DNA from: Verrucomicrobiia bacterium
GTDB taxonomy: Bacteria > Verrucomicrobiota > Verrucomicrobiia > Limisphaerales > UBA11358
NCBI GenBank assembly: GCA_036490655.1
Contig: DASXDM010000013.1
Location: 67,582-131,581, forward strand
Length of the DNA stretch: 64,000 nucleotides
Direction of reading: 5' to 3'
Shown: piece after piece, positions 37,917 through 47,148 of the stretch
How the letters are laid out: each line of letters starts with the position of its first letter
How positions within the stretch are numbered: position 1 is the stretch's first letter
Program-made: the position numbers and the translations under genes
Notes under the pieces: model-generated
The model's input: only the letters and a program-made list of their open reading frames with translations
Database searches by the model: none
What the model was told of the DNA's origin: nothing

Positions 37917-39368
37917 TCAACTTTTGCTGGAGGAGCCGCCATGGTGGCAGTGTCCATGATAGTGAGTTTCCCAACCGAAATAATTTCCGAACGCTTCGGC
38001 CAGGATTTCCGCCGAGTGCGATTGGGTCATGACGACATGATGTTCAAATCCTTTTTTGCAGACGTGGTGCATGAGTTTTTGGAGATTGGGGATTTTGGCG
38101 ACGGCGCGATTGCCGAACGTGGCCAGGGTGTCATTGGTCAATTCACCTTCTCCCACGTAAGTGCGGATCCTGCCATCGGTATCGGCGGTGGTGATGCGGC
38201 CAAACGTCAACGGCCCGGCCGGCGTGCGGCCTTCGAGCGCGCCATAGGTGTTTTCCACGCCCAGGATGCTGCCAAGAATCGGCGCGGTGGCGATCTTGAT
38301 GTCGGGCAGAAAGCTTTTTGCCCAATTGCCGCAATGGAACAACACGCATTTATCATCGTCCTCCGCGTAGTTATTATTCCAATCGACGAGCGCGGCGGGC
38401 GTGCCGCCGGCGAGTTGCATGGCGTACATCGTGAGGACGCCCGTCACATCCACTTCGCAGGCGCTGGGCAGGAACTTTTCGCTCATCATGCTCATCAACG
38501 TGCAAACGTTGCAGCCGAAATTTTGTTGGACGGACGTCCAGCACTGGATGGCGGTGGCGTCGATCGCGTTCGCGTCCATCCACTCCGTCAAGATCACCCC
38601 GAGTTTTGCCATTTGCAGGAGTTTTTCCGGCGGGACGCCGGGGGCGGGGGCATAGCTTTTGATCTCCGCCAATTTGGCTTTTACCGACGCAGCGCCGGCG
38701 TCCATTTTTTCCGCCTTAGCCAGAAATTCCGAAAGGTCCACGGTGGTGACGCTGATGCCGTGCCGTTCCAAAATTTTTTCCGAATACCGGACCGTGTTAA
38801 AAGCGCCGGGCCGGGCGCCGACCGCCCCGAGTCGCACGCCGCGCACGCCATTCACCACGCGGCAGACCCCGAGAAAGTTTTGCAGGTCGCGCGCAAAAGT
38901 TTCCGAACCGGGATGCGAAACGTGCTTGCCGGTCAGGGAGAACTTGATCCCGGCCTGGACCAGGTTATTGCATACGGAGATCTTGCCGCAGTAAGCATCG
39001 CGGCGTCGCGCCGGGGAGAGCTGTTTTAAATCGTCAGGATAGGCCTGGACCAGGACCGGCACATTAAGTTTCGACAGCTTGAGCGTGTCCGCCACGCCTT
39101 TCTCATCCCCGAAATTTGGCAGGCAGACGAGGATGCCGTCGAGTTCATCGGCGTGTTTGCGAAAGAGCGCGGCGCACTTGCGCGCATCCGCGTGGGTCTC
39201 CACCCCACCCAGCTTGGAATCCGTTTCGCCGAGTTGGACGGCCTGAATGCCGTATTTTTGAAGGGTTTTTGCGAGATCGGCCCGCGCTTCCGTGATGAGC
39301 GCGTCCGGAAAGAAATCGCGGTTGCCGTAGATGACCCCGAGGCTCGGTTTGGCATTGGCATTATTCAT
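37917..39368 (-). CDS. L-fucose isomerase-like sugar isomerase (FucI/AraA superfamily)
   Basis: 483 aa. SLGVIYGNRDFFPDALITEAR, ILVCLPNFGDEKG, HHVVMTQ. Confidence 0.8.
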   Translation of the reverse strand: MNNANAKPSLGVIYGNRDFFPDALITEARADLAKTLQKYGIQAVQLGETDSKLGGVETHADARKCAALFRKHADELDGILVCLPNFGDEKGVADTLKLSKLNVPVLVQAYPDDLKQLSPARRRDAYCGKISVCNNLVQAGIKFSLTGKHVSHPGSETFARDLQNFLGVCRVVNGVRGVRLGAVGARPGAFNTVRYSEKILERHGISVTTVDLSEFLAKAEKMDAGAASVKAKLAEIKSYAPAPGVPPEKLLQMAKLGVILTEWMDANAIDATAIQCWTSVQQNFGCNVCTLMSMMSEKFLPSACEVDVTGVLTMYAMQLAGGTPAALVDWNNNYAEDDDKCVLFHCGNWAKSFLPDIKIATAPILGSILGVENTYGALEGRTPAGPLTFGRITTADTDGRIRTYVGEGELTNDTLATFGNRAVAKIPNLQKLMHHVCKKGFEHHVVMTQSHSAEILAEAFGNYFGWETHYHGHCHHGGSSSKS

Positions 39369-39449
39369 AATTCTGGCGAAACGGGTATTAACGAAACAAG
39401 AATCGGTTTGCCGCGCCTGGAAGCAAGCAGTTTTTTCGACCTGTTGGCC

Positions 39450-39460
39450 GTCTTGTCAAT
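39450..39460 (-). promoter_or_regulatory. ATTGACAAGAC word upstream of the isomerase-transketolase operon (candidate -35 region)
   Basis: Same 11-mer as 1901-1911, upstream of GH31. Confidence 0.3.
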
Positions 39461-39472
39461 TTACGCAAGTTA

Positions 39473-39518
39473 TTTGGCGGATTTCAGATGACACTTTTAG
39501 CCCCGCCGGTTATAGAAT
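39473..39518 (+). promoter_or_regulatory. candidate regulated promoter of the BNR...GH95 array: TTTGGCGGATTTC-AG-ATGACA-N17-TATAGAAT
   Basis: Sigma70-like -35/-10 with a 17-nt spacer, 20 nt before the ATG at 39538. The upstream 13-mer is identical to 16275-16287. Confidence 0.45.
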
Positions 39519-39537
39519 AATTGATTCCGATAAACCC

Positions 39538-41322
39538 ATGGATCGAGCCGAAATCGCATTTTGGACGGCACGAATCGCAATTATTTTTGCGATCCCGGCC
39601 GGGTTATGCCCGGCGGCAATCGCCCAAACCGATTCGCCGATCGGGACAATTCATGTCGCGGCGGCTCATTTCACTACCGTTGGGACTAATTTGATTTGTG
39701 ACGGCGCGGACAATCCCTTGCCGTTCACCCAATCAGCGGTGAAGCAAAGCACTGCGCCGGCGTTGCCTGGGCCCAATCCGCGCGTCCCTTATTTCACGGT
39801 GCGGTTCGCGATGCCCATCCCGCCCGAGAATGAAACGAACACATTTGCGTCATTGACGGGCCTCAGCCCATCTGTTTTTACCCACAATCATTCACCGGGT
39901 TTCGCGATCCTTCCGAATGGCGATGCGTTGGCGATCTATTTCAGCACGCCGCCCGGCCAGAGTGAAGACTCGACGAACACCACTTTCATCCAGACCCGTT
40001 TGCGTTACGGCTCTGAAGATTGGGACATGCCGGACTTGTTTCTCGATTTCAAGGGGCTCAACGATCAATCCGGCCTGCTCTGGCAGGACGGAGATAAAAC
40101 CCGGTTCTTTGGCGGCGGACGCGGCGCTTCGGCGATGATGCCGTTTAAAATGGCGACGTCGGGAGACAACGGCGCGACGTGGACGCTGTCGCTGCCGCAA
40201 GTGGACCAGCCCGCGAAGAATTATGAGGCGCAGCCGATCACCAGCGCGTTTCGCGCGCCGGACGGCTCGTGGTATTTTGCGATGGATGGCAGCGGGGCAC
40301 ATAGTTTTTTGTGGCACAGCACGAATGAAGGGGTTCAATGGCACCAGATGGAGGGGCGAACGGGCGGGCGGCATTCGACGATTGTGCCGCTGGACGACCG
40401 GGGAGACCTGCTTTCGATCGGCGGAAAAAACGCGAGCGTGAACGGATGGTCGCCGGAGAATTTTTCGACAAACTGGGGGGCGAGCTGGAGCGAGAGCATT
40501 GAATCGCCGTTTCCGCCGCTCAGCAGCGGGCAACGGCCCAGCATGATCCGGCTGGCGGATGGGAATCTGTTTTTTGTAAGTGACGCATACCTGCATAAGG
40601 CCCATCGCCCGCCGCCGGCCGGCTGGAAATATGGCAACGGCTGTTTTGTCGCAATCTCGACGAACAACGGTGTTTCGTGGCGCGTCAAGCCGCTGCCGGT
40701 ACAGTTGCCGGGCCACGACCGTCCCGGCGACGGCACGCTGGGCTATGTCACTGCGCGACAGGCGCCCAACGGGGTCATCTATGTTTTGACGAGCGAGACG
40801 CAACCCTGCCTGCAGTATGAAATGAACGAGGCATGGATCTTCTCGGACGCCGGGGACATCGCCCCGGAAAATTCCGGCGGGGTCGTCAAACAATTTTCCG
40901 AAGCGTATCCGGATGGGAAACCGCGATCGACCTGGAGTGCGCGGATCTGCCCGAACGGGCGCTATCTGCTCGATGGAAGAGAAACGGATTATTACGACGG
41001 CAAGGTAAAACAACATGAGGTCGTTTACGTGAACGGGCGGAAGACCGGACAGGAGATCTATTGGTCGCCGGACGGGAAACTGATTTGGCGGTGGGACTAT
41101 GACCTGGCGGTCCATCATGCGATCTGGTCGCAATTCTGGCCGAACGGGAAAAAGAAATCGGAATCCAACTGGAATATCCAATCCCGGGCGCGGGATCTGG
41201 CGCGAAGTTTCTTTGGTTATGTGGCCGAGGGCCCGGCTTTCCGGTGGGATGAAGACGGCAAATTGGTTTCGGCCGGGAATTTCACGAACGGAATTTTTGT
41301 CGGCAAAGTGGGGGAAGAATGA
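39538..41322 (+). CDS. secreted BNR/sialidase-fold glycosidase-like protein with C-terminal MORN/YwqK-type repeats
   Basis: Start at MDRAEIAFW (signal peptide), because the 39331 extension crosses the promoter region. Asp-boxes SGDNGATW, STNEGVQW, STNWGASW, STNNGVSW. C-terminal repeats: YVNGRKTGQEIYWSPDGKLIW, FWPNGKKKSE. Confidence 0.8.
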   Translation: MDRAEIAFWTARIAIIFAIPAGLCPAAIAQTDSPIGTIHVAAAHFTTVGTNLICDGADNPLPFTQSAVKQSTAPALPGPNPRVPYFTVRFAMPIPPENETNTFASLTGLSPSVFTHNHSPGFAILPNGDALAIYFSTPPGQSEDSTNTTFIQTRLRYGSEDWDMPDLFLDFKGLNDQSGLLWQDGDKTRFFGGGRGASAMMPFKMATSGDNGATWTLSLPQVDQPAKNYEAQPITSAFRAPDGSWYFAMDGSGAHSFLWHSTNEGVQWHQMEGRTGGRHSTIVPLDDRGDLLSIGGKNASVNGWSPENFSTNWGASWSESIESPFPPLSSGQRPSMIRLADGNLFFVSDAYLHKAHRPPPAGWKYGNGCFVAISTNNGVSWRVKPLPVQLPGHDRPGDGTLGYVTARQAPNGVIYVLTSETQPCLQYEMNEAWIFSDAGDIAPENSGGVVKQFSEAYPDGKPRSTWSARICPNGRYLLDGRETDYYDGKVKQHEVVYVNGRKTGQEIYWSPDGKLIWRWDYDLAVHHAIWSQFWPNGKKKSESNWNIQSRARDLARSFFGYVAEGPAFRWDEDGKLVSAGNFTNGIFVGKVGEE

Positions 41323-42923
41323 ACTCGTTGCGAACACCGGACCTGATCGTCATCGCGATTTATTTTATCGCGGTGGCGCTCATCGGCTTTAGGTTTGCGC
41401 GCCGGCAAAAATCCACGGAAACCTATTTCGTTGCGGAGCGAAAAATCCCGTGGTGGGCAATGGGGCTTTCCGTCTTCGCGACCATCATCAGCAGCATCAC
41501 GTTCATCGCGTATCCGGGTGCTGCTTTCAAGGGCAATTGGAATCAACTGGTCCCGGGGTTCATGGCCATCGGCGTTTTATTGCTCGGCGGCTGGGTGTTT
41601 ATCTCGTTTTTCCGCCACGCCGTCGGGATGAGCGCGTATGAATATTTTGAAAAACGCTTTGGTTATGGCGCGCGGGCATACAGCGCGCTGGCATTTTCAG
41701 CGGGACATTTTTCAAAGATGGGTTTCGTCCTGTTCACGGCCGCGGTGGCGGTCTACGGCATGACCGGCTGGGACAAATTTCACGTCATTCTCGGCGCGGG
41801 AATTTTGACGGTTCTCTACACCTTGTTCGGCGGGCTTGAAGCCGTGATCTGGACGGAGGTATTGCAGGGCATCGTCAAACTGACGGGCGTGATGGTCATC
41901 ATCGGCGTCCTGGTCTCGATCATGCCCGGCGGCGCGAGCGCGGCGTTTCACCTGGCGGCACAGAACAATAAGATGAGCCTGGGCCATTTCGATTTCAATC
42001 TGGCCGACAATAAAAATTTCTGGGTCATGCTGATCTACGGCACCTTTTGGTACCTGCAAAAATACGCCGCGGACCAAACGCTGGTGCAACGTTACCTGGT
42101 GGCAAAATCAGACCGCAGCGCGCTGCGGGGAGTGGCGTTGGGCGCGATTTTATGCGTGCCGGCGTGGACGGCGTTTATGCTGATCGGCACGCTGCTGTGG
42201 GCGTATTACCAGCTTTCCCCGGAGGCTCTTCCGGCCAGCCTCCATGATTCAAGCGGACAGATCCTTTCCGACGAGGTCTTTCCGTACTTTTTAACGACGA
42301 AAATTCCCGTCGGGCTCGCGGGAATAATCATGGCCGCGATTTATTCCGCCGCGATGTCCACGATGTCATCGGACTTGAACTGCCTCTCCGCGGTGGGCGT
42401 CGAGGATTATTACCGCAGATTACGGCCAAATGCGACCGACCGCCAGCGGCTGGTCGCAGGCAAGATCATCGTGGCGGTTTGCGGCGCAATCGCTGTCGGG
42501 ATCGCCCTGTTCATCGCGGGAAAAGGCGACAGCGCGCTGAATCTTTATTACGCGGCCACGGCCATCGTCGCGGGCGGATTGGCGGGAATGTTTCTGCTCG
42601 CGTTCTTGAGCCGCCGCGCCAACCGGCAGGGACTTTGGATCGGGATCAGCGCGATGCTTGTGTTCACCGCGTGGGCGGTCTGCACGGGTGGTGATAAAAA
42701 AGTCCTGGATCTTGGCGGTTACAATTACGCATGGCCCAGTGTCATGATCGGCGTGGTCGGCCACGTGATCGTGGTGGTGGTGGGCTGGGTGGCAAGCCTG
42801 TTTTTCCCCGCCGATCCGAAGGTGAAACTGGAATGGACACTGTGGGGCTGGCTGGCGAAACGAAAACTGTCCCGGGTCGAAAAGACGATGATTTCCCCCG
42901 GTTTGGCCGGGCAGAAAATATGA
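41319..42923 (+). CDS. sodium:solute symporter (SSS/SLC5) family transporter
   Basis: 534 aa with about 13 TM segments. ATGA overlap with the upstream stop. Confidence 0.9.
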   Translation: MNSLRTPDLIVIAIYFIAVALIGFRFARRQKSTETYFVAERKIPWWAMGLSVFATIISSITFIAYPGAAFKGNWNQLVPGFMAIGVLLLGGWVFISFFRHAVGMSAYEYFEKRFGYGARAYSALAFSAGHFSKMGFVLFTAAVAVYGMTGWDKFHVILGAGILTVLYTLFGGLEAVIWTEVLQGIVKLTGVMVIIGVLVSIMPGGASAAFHLAAQNNKMSLGHFDFNLADNKNFWVMLIYGTFWYLQKYAADQTLVQRYLVAKSDRSALRGVALGAILCVPAWTAFMLIGTLLWAYYQLSPEALPASLHDSSGQILSDEVFPYFLTTKIPVGLAGIIMAAIYSAAMSTMSSDLNCLSAVGVEDYYRRLRPNATDRQRLVAGKIIVAVCGAIAVGIALFIAGKGDSALNLYYAATAIVAGGLAGMFLLAFLSRRANRQGLWIGISAMLVFTAWAVCTGGDKKVLDLGGYNYAWPSVMIGVVGHVIVVVVGWVASLFFPADPKVKLEWTLWGWLAKRKLSRVEKTMISPGLAGQKI

Positions 42924-44065
42924 ATCCGATCACTTTGCATCAACCCGCGCGCGTTGTTTTTGGGAACGGTTGCGCGAAAGATGGCGTTGAACTTTTGGTC
43001 CAGCGCGGCGTGAAGCGGATTTTACTCGTCACCAGTAAATCCGTCCGTCCGCAAATCGAATTTCTCATAGACGGGATAAAGAAGGGCGGCGTGGACGTCA
43101 TCGAGAGCAGCTTTGTTCCGCCGGAGCCGGCCGTAAAGTTTTTTGAAACGATTTTGCGTGAGGCCCGCGCGGAAAAGATCGATTCCGTCCTGGGAATCGG
43201 CGGAGGCAGTGTCATGGATGTCGCCAAGCTCATCGCGGCGCTGGTGAATTCGGGGCAAAACATCTCCGAAATATTTGGCGTCAACCTGCTGCGCGCGCGG
43301 GATCTATTTTTGGCCTGTTTGCCGACCACCGCCGGGACCGGCAGCGAAGTATCGCCGATCGCAGTCCTGCTGGATGAGGCCGGCGAATTGAAAAAAAGCA
43401 TCGTCAGCCCGCATCTGGTTCCCGATGCGGCGATCATCGATCCGTTGCTGACTCTTTCAGTCCCGCGGGAGGTCACGGCGGCGACGGGTCTTGATGCGCT
43501 GGTCCATTGCATCGAGGCCTACGCGAATAAATTCGCGCATCCGATCACGGACAATTTCGCGCTGCGCGGCATCAAGTTGATCTGCGACAACCTTGGCCGC
43601 GCTGTTCGCGACGGGAAAAATACGGAAGCGCGCGCCGCGGTCATGCTCGGGAGCTTCTATGGCGGGCTATGCCTCGGGCCGGTCGGCACGGCGGGGGTCC
43701 ACGCTCTTTCGTATCCGCTGGGCGGCAAGTTTCGCATCGCCCACGGGGTTTCAAACGCGGTCCTGTTGCCGGAAGTGTTGAGATTCAATTTGTCGTCTGG
43801 GGCTGAACGGTATGCGCAGATCGCAGTCGCCGCGGGCGTTGAAAGGGAGGGGTATGCCCTCGGGACGGCCCAAACCGGCATTGATCGTTTCGTGAAATTA
43901 TCGCGCGAATGCGGCGCGCCGCAAACGCTGTCTGAATTAAAAATACCCCGCGAGGCGATCCCCGGAATGGCCAAAGCCGCCCTGCAAGTGCGGCGCTTGA
44001 TGAACAACAATCTTCGCCCCATGACAGAATTGGACGTGATCGGAATTTATGAAGCAACTTTTTGA
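42920..44065 (+). CDS. iron-containing (group III) alcohol dehydrogenase
   Basis: Start at MNPITLHQPARVVFG (ATGA overlap). VLGIGGGSVMDVAKLIA and the His cluster ALVHCIEAY. Confidence 0.9.
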   Translation: MNPITLHQPARVVFGNGCAKDGVELLVQRGVKRILLVTSKSVRPQIEFLIDGIKKGGVDVIESSFVPPEPAVKFFETILREARAEKIDSVLGIGGGSVMDVAKLIAALVNSGQNISEIFGVNLLRARDLFLACLPTTAGTGSEVSPIAVLLDEAGELKKSIVSPHLVPDAAIIDPLLTLSVPREVTAATGLDALVHCIEAYANKFAHPITDNFALRGIKLICDNLGRAVRDGKNTEARAAVMLGSFYGGLCLGPVGTAGVHALSYPLGGKFRIAHGVSNAVLLPEVLRFNLSSGAERYAQIAVAAGVEREGYALGTAQTGIDRFVKLSRECGAPQTLSELKIPREAIPGMAKAALQVRRLMNNNLRPMTELDVIGIYEATF

Positions 44066-44984
44066 GATGAATGCGAAACTTAAAAATGGGAAACAGACCG
44101 GCGTGATCGTGCCGATGATCACCCCGATCACCGCCGACAACCACCTGGATGAGCCATCCATTGACCGCCTGGTGGATTCGCTCCTGGCCGGCGGCGTGGA
44201 TGGGATCTTCAGCATGGGCACGACAGGCGAGGGCACATCCATTCCCCGCGATTACCGGCTGCGACTGATCAAACAAGTTTTCGCGCGGGTCAATGGACGG
44301 ACCCGCCTCTTTGCGGGCATCAGCGACTCGCATCCTGATGAAATCATTGCGGGCAACGAGTATCTCAAAGCCGGCGCTGACGCGGTCGTGTCACGTCCCC
44401 CGACGGGCATCTCCCCGGAGGAGATGCTGCCCTGGTTTCGGGCGCTTTTGGACGGCTTGAATGGGCCTTTGTTGCTTTATAATATGCCGATGACGACCCA
44501 GGTTTCCATTCCCCTGGACCTGATCGAAAAGTTGTTCCACCATCCCAGGCTCGCCGGCATCAAGGATTCGGAGAACAACCCGGCAAGACATGAAGAACTG
44601 TTGAAACGTTTTGGCGGCCATGAACATTTTTCAATCTTCATCGGGGTGGGCGCCCTCATGGAGCAGGGGCTGCGGCTGGGCGCGGATGGGATCGTCCCCA
44701 GTGTCGGGAACCTGATCCCCGATACCTGCGGGAAAATGTTTGCCACGGCGCGCCGGGGCGATTGGGCGGAGGCGAAGAATCATTTCTTACGCATGAATTC
44801 AGTCGCTGCTCTTTATCAAAAAGGCCGGACGTTGAACGAATCCCTCTCGGTTTTGAAAGCCGCCCTGCACGTCCGGGGTCTTTGTACGCCACAAGTGTTT
44901 CCACCGCTCAAACCGTTGACCGAACTCCAGTTGCGGAAACTTCGCGACGAGATGGAGCGCATGGAGTTGTTGAACGGAATATGA
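44049..44984 (+). CDS. DHDPS / N-acetylneuraminate lyase family class I aldolase
   Basis: 311 aa. GIFSMGTTGEG, YNMP, LAGIKDSENN (Schiff-base Lys region). An alternative start at 44067 is possible. Confidence 0.85.
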   Translation: MKQLFEMNAKLKNGKQTGVIVPMITPITADNHLDEPSIDRLVDSLLAGGVDGIFSMGTTGEGTSIPRDYRLRLIKQVFARVNGRTRLFAGISDSHPDEIIAGNEYLKAGADAVVSRPPTGISPEEMLPWFRALLDGLNGPLLLYNMPMTTQVSIPLDLIEKLFHHPRLAGIKDSENNPARHEELLKRFGGHEHFSIFIGVGALMEQGLRLGADGIVPSVGNLIPDTCGKMFATARRGDWAEAKNHFLRMNSVAALYQKGRTLNESLSVLKAALHVRGLCTPQVFPPLKPLTELQLRKLRDEMERMELLNGI

Positions 44985-45991
44985 GCAAGGCCCGACCCAT
45001 TCTCGGTTTGACCCTCGGCGATCCGGCCGGCATCGGCCCGGAAATCTGCCTGCGCGCATTGAGATCGGCACACTCCCTTAAAGAGTGTGTTCCGGTCTTG
45101 TTTGGCAGCGTCGAGGTGTTGAAACGGGTTTCGAAGCGCGCAAAAATTTCGACGGCAAATTGCCGGGCGGTTTCTTTTTCAGAGTTCACGCGCCCTTCAG
45201 CGATCTCAGGTCCGCTCATCGTTGATTGTCCGGGGATTGATGCGGGCAGAATCAAACCGGGGGCCATTTCCGCCGCCTGCGGACGCGCGGGCTACCAATA
45301 CATCGAGCGCGCGATCGCGGCGGCGCTGGCGGGGAAAATCGATGGGGTGGTGACTGCGCCAATCCATAAGGAATCGCTGCATCTGGCGGGTGTAAAATTT
45401 CCCGGGCATACCGAAATCTTCACCGCGCTCACGAAGGCCAGGCGCAGTTGTATGATGCTTTATTCGGATAAACTGACGGTGAGCATGGTCACGACCCATA
45501 TCGGATTTGCCGATGTCCCCAAAAAGATTTCCGCCCGGCGCATCCTGAATGTGATCGAGCTGACGGCTGAGGCGATGCGCGGGATCCTGCGCCGCGCTCC
45601 GAAGCTGGCCATCTGCGGATTGAATCCCCATGCGGGCGAACACGGTCTTTTTGGGAACCATGAAGAGGAAAGATTCATCGAACCGGCAGTTGCCAAAGCC
45701 CGCCAAAAGAAAATCCAAATCGACGGCCCGTTGCCGCCGGATGCCGCTTTTACCACGGCCCAGCGGAAGAAATACGATGCGATCATCTGTATCTACCACG
45801 ACCAGGGGCATATCCCTTTCAAGATGCTCGCCTTTGATACGGGGGTGAATGTCACGCTGGGCTTGCCGATCATCCGCACCTCCGTTGATCACGGCACGGC
45901 CTTTGACATTGCCTGGCAGGGGAAAGCGGATCCCACGAGTTTATACTCCGCGATCAAGGTCGCGGCCAACATGGCGAGGTCAAAATTATGA
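44981..45991 (+). CDS. PdxA-family NAD-dependent dehydrogenase (PdxA2-like 4-phospho-tetronate dehydrogenase candidate)
   Basis: Start at MSKARPILGLTLGDPAGIGPEI (ATGA overlap). GLNPHAGEHG, YHDQGHIPFK, RTSVDHGTAFDIA. Confidence 0.9.
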   Translation: MSKARPILGLTLGDPAGIGPEICLRALRSAHSLKECVPVLFGSVEVLKRVSKRAKISTANCRAVSFSEFTRPSAISGPLIVDCPGIDAGRIKPGAISAACGRAGYQYIERAIAAALAGKIDGVVTAPIHKESLHLAGVKFPGHTEIFTALTKARRSCMMLYSDKLTVSMVTTHIGFADVPKKISARRILNVIELTAEAMRGILRRAPKLAICGLNPHAGEHGLFGNHEEERFIEPAVAKARQKKIQIDGPLPPDAAFTTAQRKKYDAIICIYHDQGHIPFKMLAFDTGVNVTLGLPIIRTSVDHGTAFDIAWQGKADPTSLYSAIKVAANMARSKL

Positions 45992-47148
45992 TCGGCGTGA
46001 TCGCGGATGATTTGACCGGCGCGGCGGAGATCGGCGCAATCGGTTTGCGCCATGGCTTGCTCGCGGAAATAATCTTTGGGCACAAGCCCAGCAGCTGTGC
46101 CGACCTGGTATGCGTGGATACCGATTCGCGTTCGCAAACGGAGGCGGAAGCCGTGAAGCGGACGATTGCCGCCGCCAGGCTTTTAAAAAAATCAGGCGCA
46201 AAATGGATCTATAAAAAGGTGGATTCGGTTTTACGCGGCCATGTCACGATGGAGATCGACGCGGCGATGAAGCAATTGGGTTTTGGACGCTCCCTCCTGG
46301 CGCCGGCCAATCCCTCCCTGCGCCGGACGATCTCGAGTGGAAATTATTTTGTTCGCGGCAAATTGATCCACAAAACGGAATTTGCCCGCGACCCCCATTT
46401 TCCGCGACACTCGTCCCGCGTGGTTGAACTGATCAAATTGTCCCCCGATTTTTCGGTTTCCGTTTGCCAAACCGGCGACACTCTGCCGGAGAACGGGATC
46501 GCCGTGGCCGAGGCGACGACCCCGGACGATGTCGCCCGATGGGCGAGGCGCCACGACGAAAATATTTTTCCGGCGGGCGGCGCGGAGTTTTTTGACGCGC
46601 TGTTGACTTCGAGAGATTTGAAAGGCGACAGCATCCGGCCAGAGATCCCCGCCGCCAACGGCACGGGGCGCGAGTTTTTTGTCAGCGGCGCGGCAACCGT
46701 TTTAGCGCGAAAATTCGCCATGGGCGCCAGGTCAAAAAAAGACCCGGTATTTTCACTCCCCAAGGAGCTTGGCTGGGGCAACGCCCTGCTGCCTGAGGCG
46801 GCGGAGGCGGTCGCCCTGCGCATCGTGGACGCGTTTAGCAGCCACCGTCGCATTCTGTTGACCGTCGGGCTGCCGATGGTGGCTAATCAAAAAATATCGG
46901 AAAAATTATCCGATCATGTGGCGCAAATCGCGGTTTTAGTGTTGCGTCACACCGAGATCGACCATGTATTCTCTGAGGGCGGCGCCACCTCGGCGGCTTT
47001 GGTGCGGGGAATGGGGTGGAAGCGGCTGACCGTATTGCGCGAAGATGCGCCAGGAGTCGCGACATTACTGGCTGATGGCGGGAAAAACAGTTTGCTGACC
47101 ATCAAACCCGGCAGTTATTCCTGGCCGGCCGAAATTACCGGATTGTAA
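45988..47148 (+). CDS. four-carbon acid-sugar kinase family protein (DUF1537), second copy
   Basis: 386 aa. MIGVIADDLTGAAEIG N-terminus, SEGGATSAALV. ATGA overlap with the PdxA-like stop. Confidence 0.85.
   Translation: MIGVIADDLTGAAEIGAIGLRHGLLAEIIFGHKPSSCADLVCVDTDSRSQTEAEAVKRTIAAARLLKKSGAKWIYKKVDSVLRGHVTMEIDAAMKQLGFGRSLLAPANPSLRRTISSGNYFVRGKLIHKTEFARDPHFPRHSSRVVELIKLSPDFSVSVCQTGDTLPENGIAVAEATTPDDVARWARRHDENIFPAGGAEFFDALLTSRDLKGDSIRPEIPAANGTGREFFVSGAATVLARKFAMGARSKKDPVFSLPKELGWGNALLPEAAEAVALRIVDAFSSHRRILLTVGLPMVANQKISEKLSDHVAQIAVLVLRHTEIDHVFSEGGATSAALVRGMGWKRLTVLREDAPGVATLLADGGKNSLLTIKPGSYSWPAEITGL

Noticed and set aside
37902-39029. 375-aa plus-strand ORF antisense to the FucI-like isomerase (also 37051-37905 antisense to the TK N-subunit)
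   Set aside because: Shadow ORFs. The real genes carry TPP-binding and isomerase motifs on the minus strand.
39892-41337. 481-aa minus-strand ORF antisense to the BNR/MORN gene
   Set aside because: Extremely Arg/Pro-rich with no motifs, whereas the plus-strand frame has Asp-boxes and a signal peptide.
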